Origin: Candidatus Micrarchaeota archaeon
GTDB lineage: Archaea; Micrarchaeota; Micrarchaeia; Micrarchaeales; Micrarchaeaceae
DNA length: 55,994 bases
NCBI GenBank assembly: GCA_021812105.1
Contig: JAKAOQ010000001.1
Location: 1 to 55,994, forward strand
Direction of reading: 5' to 3'
Shown piece by piece: positions 36,497-44,344 of the stretch; the stretch's first letter is position 1, and each line of letters starts with the position of its first letter. Made by a program: the position numbers and the translations under genes. Under the pieces are notes generated by a model. That model did no database searches and had not been told where the DNA came from. It worked only from the letters and a program-made list of their open reading frames with translations.

Positions 36497-36512
36497 ACAC
36501 GCTTCGGCGTGG

Positions 36513-38084
36513 CTACTTTTTGATACCCTTGTTCAGGAATTCCATGTACGACAGATATGGAGACACGAGCCTGCCTGCTCCTCTCATGCTCGCCGCCGCA
36601 TCCCTTATGAACTCGAGCTGCTTTGCGCTTATCGCCCTAAACGCTGACAGCAATGCAGGATATATCGCGAGCAGAAGCAGCGCGTTGACTGCTATCGCGT
36701 ACTTGCTGTCGTGCATGGCGAACGTCACCCCGAGCAGGAGCAGCGCTAGGACTATGGAGGCCGCGCCTATCTTCGCGGGGCCGGAAAGCGAGAGCTTCAC
36801 TCCGAACTCCTTGCCGAGCAGCCGCACGTACAATGAGGACGCGGCTATAGGGGCTATTATGAATACCGCGAAGATCGCGCCGTAGGCCTTGTACAAAGGA
36901 GTAAGTATCAGGAGCGCTGCAAGCTCTATCGCGACTATGGTGAGCTGGTACTGCATGAAGCGCCTCGAGTTGCCGTGGCCGAGAACGAGCGCGCTCCCTA
37001 TGCTCCATACTATCTCGGCAGAAAGCCCCGCGAGCGCTATCGAAACGTATACAGGGGCCAGAGTATACGCGTGCGAGAACAGCAGGTATACCAGGGGATA
37101 CGCGCTGCCTATCATGTAAGCTATCAACGGGAGGAATATCAGCGAGGCGTAGTATACGCTGCTGTTGAATGCGCTGCCTATCTTGTTCTTTATCGCTTCC
37201 TTAGAGAGCAGCGCGGAGAACGACGCGAGCAGGACAAACGTGGACGACTGTATCATCATGTCCACGAACCTCGATCCTTTCAGGGCTACACCGTAGTTTC
37301 CGACTATCGCCGCCCCCGCGAAAACTCCGAGAAGCATGGGGGCGAAGTTGAGGAGCCCCGTAGTGGCAACGTTCGATACGACTATCGGTATCGAGAAACT
37401 GGTCAGCTCCCTCATTACCTTGCGCTCTATTCCCGCAATCTTGGGCCCTATCTCCCTCGCAATGTAACCGAACGCAACCAGTGAGCCTATAGCGAGAGAC
37501 GCGGCGTAAGCCGCCATCGCGCCAAGCACCCCATAACCCGCTGTAATTAGAAGCACGACCAGCACCAGCTGAACCGAGTTGTAGGAGATGTTGGCTGTCG
37601 TTGCTTCCCTTGTCCTGTGCATTCCGACCAGCGCGGCCTGACCTGCGTTTAACAGCACGGCGAGCAGAGTAGCCAGCGCTGCGATCCTAAGCGGGAGCGT
37701 TATAGATGCGTTGTGGTACACGAACGATGCTATATATGGGCTGGCTATTACTCCGGCCAGTGCTATTATGGCAGCAACCCCGAGCGACACTACGGCGCCG
37801 TTTGATATTATGCTCCTGATCCTCTCCTTCTCTCTTGCGGTCTCTGGTATCATCTTCCTGAATGCGGTGCCTATGCCGAAGTTACCGCCCATCCCTATCA
37901 CGAGCGAGTACGCCATTACTATAGTATATATGCCGTAGAACTCGGGCTTCAGCGTCCTGGCGAGGTATATCACTATGAGCAGAGAGATCAGGGCGTTTAC
38001 AGCCTGCCCCGTCAGGTATATCGTGCTACCCTTGGCGGTCTTGACTCCAAGGGTCCTGAAGTCCTCTCCCTCTTCATCCATCAA
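36513..38084 (-). CDS. MOP-superfamily oligosaccharide/polysaccharide flippase (Wzx-like)
   Basis: 523 aa with ~14 hydrophobic helices. The N-terminal ..GSTIYLTGQAVNALISLLIVIYLARTLKPEFYGIY.. is typical of Polysacc_synt proteins. Confidence 0.7.
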   Translation of the reverse strand: MMDEEGEDFRTLGVKTAKGSTIYLTGQAVNALISLLIVIYLARTLKPEFYGIYTIVMAYSLVIGMGGNFGIGTAFRKMIPETAREKERIRSIISNGAVVSLGVAAIIALAGVIASPYIASFVYHNASITLPLRIAALATLLAVLLNAGQAALVGMHRTREATTANISYNSVQLVLVVLLITAGYGVLGAMAAYAASLAIGSLVAFGYIAREIGPKIAGIERKVMRELTSFSIPIVVSNVATTGLLNFAPMLLGVFAGAAIVGNYGVALKGSRFVDMMIQSSTFVLLASFSALLSKEAIKNKIGSAFNSSVYYASLIFLPLIAYMIGSAYPLVYLLFSHAYTLAPVYVSIALAGLSAEIVWSIGSALVLGHGNSRRFMQYQLTIVAIELAALLILTPLYKAYGAIFAVFIIAPIAASSLYVRLLGKEFGVKLSLSGPAKIGAASIVLALLLLGVTFAMHDSKYAIAVNALLLLAIYPALLSAFRAISAKQLEFIRDAAASMRGAGRLVSPYLSYMEFLNKGIKK

Positions 38085-38180
38085 AGCACTCTGCGTAGAT
38101 ATGCAACGGAAGTTGCTTAAATGTTTACGGGTCAGTCGAAAACCGTGGTTGATGGAATTGTGCGTTTTGCCTTAATAGGA

Positions 38181-38208
38181 ATATTTAAATATCTTTATCC
38201 CTTTATCC
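38181..38208 (+). promoter_or_regulatory. mntA-hepT promoter: TATA box plus a tandem 8-bp direct repeat (candidate RHH operator)
   Basis: ATATTTAAATAT (38181-38192) is followed immediately by CTTTATCC CTTTATCC (38193-38208), ending 5 nt before ATG 38214. Confidence 0.45.
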
Positions 38209-38213
38209 CTATT

Positions 38214-38726
38214 ATGGAAACAAAGATATACGTTTCCGACGATGTCGGCGCGAGATGGAAGGAGCTCGCGATGAAAAGATTCGGCTATGGAAGAGGGTCC
38301 ATAAGCAGGGCCGCCGAAGAGGCGCTCGCGCTTTGGATAGGCGCTGAAGAGAGGATAGAACGCATTCTCGGCGAATTCGTTTCGGCCGCGAAAAACGACG
38401 CACGTGTCTCCGCGCTGCTCCTCTTTGGAAGCTACGCGAGGAAAGAGAGGTACAACGACATAGACGTAGCGGTCGTGGTCGGAGACGGAGTAGGCAGCAG
38501 GGAACGCCTTGCCGTAGTCACCGAGTTCGAGAAGAGGGTGCCTGAAGGAGTAAGGGTAGACATAAGCGTATTCAATTCGCTAGGTGTGGATGTAAAGTCT
38601 AGTATACTGTCAGAGGGAATTGTGTTGTACTCCAAGGACAGGAGCGTTGTTTATGACCTCTCTTCTGAAGTGATAAAACAGAATTCTGACTTCGGTGTTG
38701 GATTGCGCTCTGTTTTGGGTGTGTAG
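38214..38726 (+). CDS. mntA: Minimal nucleotidyltransferase (MNT) antitoxin with an N-terminal ribbon-helix-helix domain
   Basis: LLLFGSYARKERYNDIDVAVVV is the GS...DxD Pol-beta nucleotidyltransferase motif. The N-terminal METKIYVSDDVGARWKELAMKRF...ISRAAEEALALWI is CopG/RHH-like. The stop abuts the hepT ATG. Confidence 0.8.
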   Translation: METKIYVSDDVGARWKELAMKRFGYGRGSISRAAEEALALWIGAEERIERILGEFVSAAKNDARVSALLLFGSYARKERYNDIDVAVVVGDGVGSRERLAVVTEFEKRVPEGVRVDISVFNSLGVDVKSSILSEGIVLYSKDRSVVYDLSSEVIKQNSDFGVGLRSVLGV

Positions 38727-39152
38727 ATGCTTGACAGGGGGAGGATAGCAAAAAGGCTGCTGGATCTGGAGAGGTACTCGTCCAGGCTGGAGAAGATAGC
38801 CCCAGCCAGCTTTGAGAAGTATATGGAAGCGGGCCATGAGCTGAAGGCCGCGGTGGAAAGATATCTCCAGCTGATAAGTGATATAGAACTGGATATATCA
38901 CTGCTGGTCTACAAGGGCATGGAGCTCTCGCTCGCCGGAGACGAGACGAGTCTGCTTGAAAGGCTGCAGGGAGTGCTCGGCAAGAAAGTAATAGAGGAGG
39001 TGAGACCCAGAAGGACGCTGAGGAACAAACTGGTCCATGCATATTCGGACGAATCCTACGATGAAGACGCCTTCGCACAGGCGCATGATTTGAGGGATAT
39101 AGTGGAATTTGAGAAGGCAGTTAAAAGGCAGCTCGGAAAGAAGAGGGCGTGA
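38727..39152 (+). CDS. hepT: HEPN-domain (DUF86) toxin
   Basis: 141 aa with RNKLVHAY, the R-x4-H HEPN motif, at nt 39021-39038. Confidence 0.8.
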   Translation: MLDRGRIAKRLLDLERYSSRLEKIAPASFEKYMEAGHELKAAVERYLQLISDIELDISLLVYKGMELSLAGDETSLLERLQGVLGKKVIEEVRPRRTLRNKLVHAYSDESYDEDAFAQAHDLRDIVEFEKAVKRQLGKKRA

Positions 39153-39266
39153 CGACTTCACAAAAGTGCCCCTAAACCATTGACACCTTGACCAAGTCGC
39201 AGTAATGATGGACAGGCACGCTCGATTGGGTAAAAGAATGTTGATTTTGTATGCCAGATGGGGAGA

Positions 39267-39284
39267 CCTGCGTGAAAGCGCAGG
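39267..39284 (-). terminator. Hairpin downstream of the second microprotein gene
   Basis: CCTGCG-TGAAAG-CGCAGG, ~25 nt after the stop at 39308. It occupies the same position as the hairpin at 5584-5605 in the first copy. Confidence 0.3.
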
Positions 39285-39307
39285 CCCGGATTAGAATGTT
39301 GGGATAA

Positions 39308-39472
39308 TTAGCGTATTATGGGAGATGTAGACCTGAACCTGCCGACAATCTTGGAGAACAAACCTGTTTTCCTTGTCGTTTCTTGCGGTATATCCTCGTC
39401 CTTTAACCTTAGATCCCAGACGAAACCCGGAATCCTTTCTACCACAACAACGTCGTCGTCGAGTTTCGTCAT
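39308..39472 (-). CDS. Conserved microprotein (54 aa), paralog of 5409-5549; not in the ORF track
   Basis: Hand translation: MTKLDDDVVVVERIPGFVWDLRLKDEDIPQETTRKTGLFSKIVGRFRSTSPIIR. Its ATG (39472-39470) overlaps the TGA of the RAM gene (39471-39469) in an ATGA arrangement. Confidence 0.65.
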   Translation of the reverse strand: MTKLDDDVVVVERIPGFVWDLRLKDEDIPQETTRKTGLFSKIVGRFRSTSPIIR

Positions 39473-39780
39473 GCCCTCACCTTCCTAAGATTGTAATAAC
39501 TCAGTGCAACGCCGTACTTGCCCTTCATGTTCTTCGCGATATACTCGCCTATCGAGTCGTCCTCGCCGGTGTACTTAGCCTTGACTACATAACCGTATTC
39601 GCCCTCGGTTATGTCGACTTCCCCTATGGCCTTTATGCCGAGCAGCCTCTCGGAAAGAGATTTGGCGTCCGTATTCGGTATAGGCTTTATGAAAAAGAAC
39701 TTATGCGGCTTCGCGCACATAACGCCTCTTTTGATTTTTGATACCTGCGTTGTTCCACCCACCAACCCACCATTATACAT
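39469..39780 (-). CDS. Small stand-alone RAM/ACT-like protein, paralog of 5060-5398
   Basis: FFFIKPIPNTDAKSLSERLLGIKAIGEVDITEGEYGYVVKAKYTGEDDSIGEYIAKNMKGKYGVALSYYNL. Alternative start at M21 (39720). A TATATAAA box lies just upstream of 39780. Confidence 0.7.
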   Translation of the reverse strand: MYNGGLVGGTTQVSKIKRGVMCAKPHKFFFIKPIPNTDAKSLSERLLGIKAIGEVDITEGEYGYVVKAKYTGEDDSIGEYIAKNMKGKYGVALSYYNLRKVRA

Positions 39781-39902
39781 TGTATCGCATTTGATTTATA
39801 TACCTTTTACTTTTTCTAAAATTTGATATGATTTTTTCGGATTATGGAAAGTATACTGGAAGGGAGTATAGGTCTTAAATTACTTTGTAATGAATAAATT
39901 AT

Positions 39903-40904
39903 ATGCAATTCAATAAGCTCCACAGGACCCTATTACAGGGACTCTGTTTGAACTCTAGAACGAGGACCCCCGAGCTCTCCAGGAAAATAGGTATTTCAAG
40001 GTACAAGATTACGAATTTGATAAAAGAAGTAGAAAAAGAGTTGGGGCTTAGCTACACCCTAGAGTTAGATTATAAAAAATTGGGTTTTGGGGCTTTACAT
40101 TTAACTTATCTGAATTTTGAGAAAAAACCAAGTTTGAAATCAATATCCGATGTACTAAATAAAATTCCATCAATACAGTTGGCATTGGCCACAAATGGAG
40201 ATTTTGAACTTCTCTGTTTCACAGTAACCAAGACTGCCATTGAATATTCCCAGGTAGAGGTCGCTATGCAGATTTTATTTGAAAGATACGGCACAATGGT
40301 ACACTCCAGCGAGATAACACTGATGCGACACGGGTTCGTGCCTCTCAGCAATGCGCTTATAGGCCAGTCCGCGATAGAAGGGAGCTATAAGAGCCTGCTG
40401 CCCGTTCTTAACACAAACTCAAGAATGAAAATCAGGGAGATAAGTAAAAGGATAAATATGAGTGAGGATCTTGTCCGATACTATATGATAAAGATGAAAA
40501 AAGAGCGTATAATAAGGAGGTACACCACCATAGTGACAAAACCGAACACAAAATTTACGATTGCATACTTTTCAAGCTACTCTGTGAGAGAGAATATTCG
40601 ATCGAGAATAGATAAAGAGAGGAACGAAATTATTTTCCGCAACGATGAGGTGAGTTATGTGAACAATTTCCAAATGATGTTTTCCATAACTGGTAGTGGG
40701 CAGGCATTCAATCTCGCGGCTTTTCCTAACAGGAAGTATGGATTAGAGCACAGCATAAATGCGCACAACGCAATATATGCACCCGAAAAGCCCGAGGTAA
40801 AGAAGGCCGTCATAATAAAGGTGGTAAAAGGTATACTGCCTCTTAGGAATATCGATGTGAAGGCAAATTATGACTACACGAACTGGCCAACAGAATTCTC
40901 CTGA
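39903..40904 (+). CDS. Tandem Lrp/AsnC-like regulator (two HTH plus RAM-like units)
   Basis: 333 aa. HTH units: LLQGLCLNSRTRTPELSRKIGISRYKITNLIKEVEKE and LLPVLNTNSRMKIREISKRINMSEDLVRYYMIKMKKE. CTTAAATTAC lies ~25-30 nt upstream. Same architecture as 3439-4824 without the N-terminal extension. Confidence 0.65.
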   Translation: MQFNKLHRTLLQGLCLNSRTRTPELSRKIGISRYKITNLIKEVEKELGLSYTLELDYKKLGFGALHLTYLNFEKKPSLKSISDVLNKIPSIQLALATNGDFELLCFTVTKTAIEYSQVEVAMQILFERYGTMVHSSEITLMRHGFVPLSNALIGQSAIEGSYKSLLPVLNTNSRMKIREISKRINMSEDLVRYYMIKMKKERIIRRYTTIVTKPNTKFTIAYFSSYSVRENIRSRIDKERNEIIFRNDEVSYVNNFQMMFSITGSGQAFNLAAFPNRKYGLEHSINAHNAIYAPEKPEVKKAVIIKVVKGILPLRNIDVKANYDYTNWPTEFS

Positions 40905-42136
40905 TCAGATAATTTATTACTAATCTCAGTGAATTTTTGCTCTATTTCTAATGGTTTGCCTATTCCTATGACAATGGTTTCGTCATCTTTTGGGTGTATG
41001 ATGTCCTTTATGAAATTCAGCTCCTCTTCTCTTATCTCTTTATCCGGATTTTCTTCGGTAAAGAGCAAGGGTGTTTCAGGAACATGCAGGCCGGCACCCG
41101 TCGCCTCTTTCAACTTAATCCTGTTAACAACGAATGCAAGTGCCCTGTTCTCCCATTTTATTGCGTCTGATATGATTTCGCTTTTGCTATTTACAAATGC
41201 GCTAGTAACATCATAAATCAGAATGTCGTTTGTAACAGGTATATAATTTGACCGCCTCGGCTGTAAGCTTTGAACAAGCACGCCAAAAGCCACGCCAAAA
41301 GCGATCAGTAGGTAGTAGGGCTCTATGCGTGTGCCAAGGAATACCCAACTAAACAGCATAGTAAAAAAAGGACTTGCAATGAAAACGTTCCCTGCGATCG
41401 AGGTCTTTACGCTTCTGAATGCCGCAACAAACAGAAAAGTAAGAAGCACGTTTTGTACAATGCCCAGTATAAGCACCCCGATAACGGTCGCGCCGCTGAC
41501 ACCTGAGAGGTTAAGCGAACCGGTAAAGATTGAAAGGAGGGAGAATACTATCAAAGCGACCAGATTGTATGCAAAGATGGAACTTGTCAGTTCGTAGTTA
41601 TACCTCTTGGATATTCCGGAAACGAACGCGTCCAATACGGCGGCGACAAGCAGCAGCAGAACAAAAGGGAGATAACGTATAGGTATGCTTATAGCTGTTC
41701 CGCCAAGAAGAGTTGCGGCGAGGGCGGAAAAACCAATTACTACGCCGGCGATGTCATACTTGGTGACATGTTCCCGCAGGAGTTTTGGAGCCATGAGTAT
41801 GAGTATCAAGGGCCAAGATCTGTAGACAACAGCAAGCAAATCTGCGCTGACGAAATGCGTTACATAGCTAAATATAAGGGATATACCAGCGTATGCCAAG
41901 AGCCCAAATGAGAGAAGGGTCAATATGCCTTTGCCCGTAGTAAAATATGTTTTGACGTGCTTCAGTGTTCTTCTAGAATACGCTACCATAAACGAAACGG
42001 ACGTACCGACTAGGGAAACCAAAAGCATGAGGGTGATAGGATTTATACCGTTGCCTAGTACGTATGCTATAGGTACCACTGCAGTAAACAGCAGCGCAAA
42101 CGAAAGGAGGACATAACCGTAAAGCTTTACATTCAT
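40874..42136 (-). CDS. DMT/EamA-family permease with a ~125-aa soluble C-terminal extension
   Basis: Ten hydrophobic helices are followed by a hydrophilic tail (..IKWENRALAFVVNRIKLKEATGAGLHV..DETIVIGIGKPLEIEQKF..). The 3' end overlaps the convergent regulator gene by 31 nt. Confidence 0.65.
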   Translation of the reverse strand: MNVKLYGYVLLSFALLFTAVVPIAYVLGNGINPITLMLLVSLVGTSVSFMVAYSRRTLKHVKTYFTTGKGILTLLSFGLLAYAGISLIFSYVTHFVSADLLAVVYRSWPLILILMAPKLLREHVTKYDIAGVVIGFSALAATLLGGTAISIPIRYLPFVLLLLVAAVLDAFVSGISKRYNYELTSSIFAYNLVALIVFSLLSIFTGSLNLSGVSGATVIGVLILGIVQNVLLTFLFVAAFRSVKTSIAGNVFIASPFFTMLFSWVFLGTRIEPYYLLIAFGVAFGVLVQSLQPRRSNYIPVTNDILIYDVTSAFVNSKSEIISDAIKWENRALAFVVNRIKLKEATGAGLHVPETPLLFTEENPDKEIREEELNFIKDIIHPKDDETIVIGIGKPLEIEQKFTEISNKLSDQENSVGQFV

Positions 42137-42416
42137 ATTTTCCGTTTGGCAATCTGTTTATTTAAATACTGACATAATTCGCAAAACGCTTCAAAAAAAT
42201 TAGGATTATGTAAATTAAAACAAAATATAGAGGGGGAAAATGATTATAAAAGCAAGGGAGGGTTACTAAAATATATCCTGATATAGTGTATGGGCACAAC
42301 CGTCCCTCATTTTGGGAACAGAAAACCAAGACCAGCTTCACAGTAATCTTTAATAATCTTAACTATAAATTATCAACGCTCGTCTTTGTTTTATGAGAGA
42401 CTAGCGGTGCTTATAC

Positions 42417-42569
42417 ATGGGAAGGTCTCCTTTAGCCGACGCTGAACTGTCGAAGATATGGATCTGCAAGAAGTGCAAGGCCAGAAACAGAGCGGGGAGC
42501 ACCAAGTGCAGGAGGTGCGGCTATCCCGCGCTGAGACCCAAGAGGAAGGACGTAAAGGCGAAGAAGTAG
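42417..42569 (+). CDS. rpl40e: Ribosomal protein L40e (50 aa); not in the ORF track
   Basis: Hand translation: MGRSPLADAELSKIWICKKCKARNRAGSTKCRRCGYPALRPKRKDVKAKK. This is the characteristic CxxC...CxxC L40e zinc ribbon with a basic tail. Confidence 0.85.
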   Translation: MGRSPLADAELSKIWICKKCKARNRAGSTKCRRCGYPALRPKRKDVKAKK

Positions 42570-42654
42570 CGCCTCGGCAAGGATTATAAACCTATGTTGG
42601 TTGATTCTAAACGAACGCTTATATCTAATTTAATGAATTGGAATCGGTGAAAGA

Positions 42655-42876
42655 ATGGTAGACCTGGATCCAGTAGAGCAGCTAATAGTGAAGGCCATGC
42701 AGGAGATTGGCGCGACTAAGGACAGCAGCATAAAGACCGCGGATGACATAGCGAGGAAGTGCAACCGGCCCAAAGGTCTGATAACCAACAAGCTTGTAAC
42801 TCTTGCCCAGAAGGGAGTAATAAAGAGAGTAGCGAGGGAAAAGGCCGCTGGCTACTATCTCGTTCAGAGCGTGTAA
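42655..42876 (+). CDS. Small winged-helix DNA-binding protein
   Basis: 73 aa. ...TADDIARKCNRPKGLITNKLVTLAQKGVIKRV..GYYLV follows an HTH plus wing pattern. Confidence 0.55.
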   Translation: MVDLDPVEQLIVKAMQEIGATKDSSIKTADDIARKCNRPKGLITNKLVTLAQKGVIKRVAREKAAGYYLVQSV

Positions 42877-42878
42877 AT

Positions 42879-43334
42879 ATGGATGAGCCAGGAGAATACA
42901 TAGACTTCATGGCGCGCTACAGGGACTGGATAGCTATAAAGAGGATCGGAATAAGGGACAGCACCAAACCCGAAGAAATTTCCATGTACCTCGCATCTGT
43001 GAAGGGCGCGATAGAGCCGAAGCTTTACAAGTATCTTGAGATTGACACCGCTTCTCTTGATGGGTTCGCGAGCGAACTCACCAAAGACCTGAGGAAGGGG
43101 TACGATTCGCTGCTGCAGGTCTTGCCGAAGCTGAAGGAACAAGCGACGAAAGAGGCGGTGAAGAAAGCGTGTAAGAATCCTAATACTTCGCAGATAGCGG
43201 AATCGTATCTGCTAGGCAGGGTTCTCTCAAAGCTTGGGACCGAACCGTTCGCTACTCCAGAAATGCTTGTAAAGGTCTTTCCGGAACTCAAACTACCCAA
43301 GCAGAGGATGCCGAAAAAGCTCGGCAAAAACTGA
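42879..43334 (+). CDS. Hypothetical protein (151 aa), apparently co-transcribed with the wHTH gene
   Basis: The ATG lies 2 nt after the upstream stop. Helical composition and a basic C-terminal tail KLPKQRMPKKLGKN. The track ORF start at 42759 overlaps the upstream gene in another frame. Confidence 0.5.
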   Translation: MDEPGEYIDFMARYRDWIAIKRIGIRDSTKPEEISMYLASVKGAIEPKLYKYLEIDTASLDGFASELTKDLRKGYDSLLQVLPKLKEQATKEAVKKACKNPNTSQIAESYLLGRVLSKLGTEPFATPEMLVKVFPELKLPKQRMPKKLGKN

Positions 43335-43377
43335 GTGCTGATTGGATTATTTTGGAGCGCGAATTGATCACTAATTT

Positions 43378-44226
43378 TTAGTAAGCTCCCAGGATTACCC
43401 CTCCGCAAACGACTATGGCCAATCCAAGTATCTGTATCTTGCTAAGCCTATCGTGATATATGAAATGTGCGAATACTGCTACGATGGCCGGTGAGGTGTT
43501 TGAGACAACCGCAGCAGTAACCAGCTGCTTTATCGAAGTAAGTATGGTGAATATAGCGTTGCCCAACCCCGATGACACGCCGGCCGCGGTTCCTATAGCT
43601 GCCAGTTTAGAGTTCTTCGCGCTTATCGCAGCGCGATTCTTACCCTTTGCCAAAACCACAGCGAGCACTATAGTAAAGAATACCAAGAAGCTAACCAGTG
43701 TAGGTATTACGTGGTTTGGCGTGTGATTTATCGGGTATACGAGCAGTATCCAGCTCAGCGACCAGAACACGTTCGCGATCAACGCCGGCACAAGCCTGCC
43801 GTTGAACTTCATCCCCTTTTCTATTGATACGAAGAGTATGCCTACTACTATCGCTATTATGCCTATCCCCTTCGCCAGGCTTACGCTCTCGCCAAGTGCG
43901 AATATACCGTAGAGCGCTATTAGGAGGACCTGGACCTCCACCGTCGCATACGTGTTGGACGCCTGCTGCTTCTCCAGTGTCTTGTAGAACAGCATATACC
44001 CTAATACCAGAGCGATGCCGCTCAGCACAGAAAATAGAAGCGAATAGTAGCTTATGCCGATAGACCCGATCAGAAGCACGACCGCAGAAAGCACGATGAT
44101 ATTCCCTACGGCGATGAAGAATGAGGCAAACAGATAGCCGCGCTTCGAGGATACGTTCTTGATCAGTATGCCAGACGTGGCGAAGGTTAGCGCGATTACA
44201 AGGGCGAGTGTGACTGGTAGCAGCAT
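43378..44226 (-). CDS. DMT/EamA-family permease
   Basis: 282 aa with ten hydrophobic helices in two EamA-like halves. Confidence 0.7.
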   Translation of the reverse strand: MLLPVTLALVIALTFATSGILIKNVSSKRGYLFASFFIAVGNIIVLSAVVLLIGSIGISYYSLLFSVLSGIALVLGYMLFYKTLEKQQASNTYATVEVQVLLIALYGIFALGESVSLAKGIGIIAIVVGILFVSIEKGMKFNGRLVPALIANVFWSLSWILLVYPINHTPNHVIPTLVSFLVFFTIVLAVVLAKGKNRAAISAKNSKLAAIGTAAGVSSGLGNAIFTILTSIKQLVTAAVVSNTSPAIVAVFAHFIYHDRLSKIQILGLAIVVCGGVILGAY

Positions 44227-44344
44227 CGCATTACCGGCAGGGTTGTGCTATTGTTATGCTGCTATGGAATAATAATGTTTTGTCTTGATGGGCCGGGCAT
44301 CTGCGAGGCATGCATATGCCGCCTACGCCTGCCACATCTTCGTT

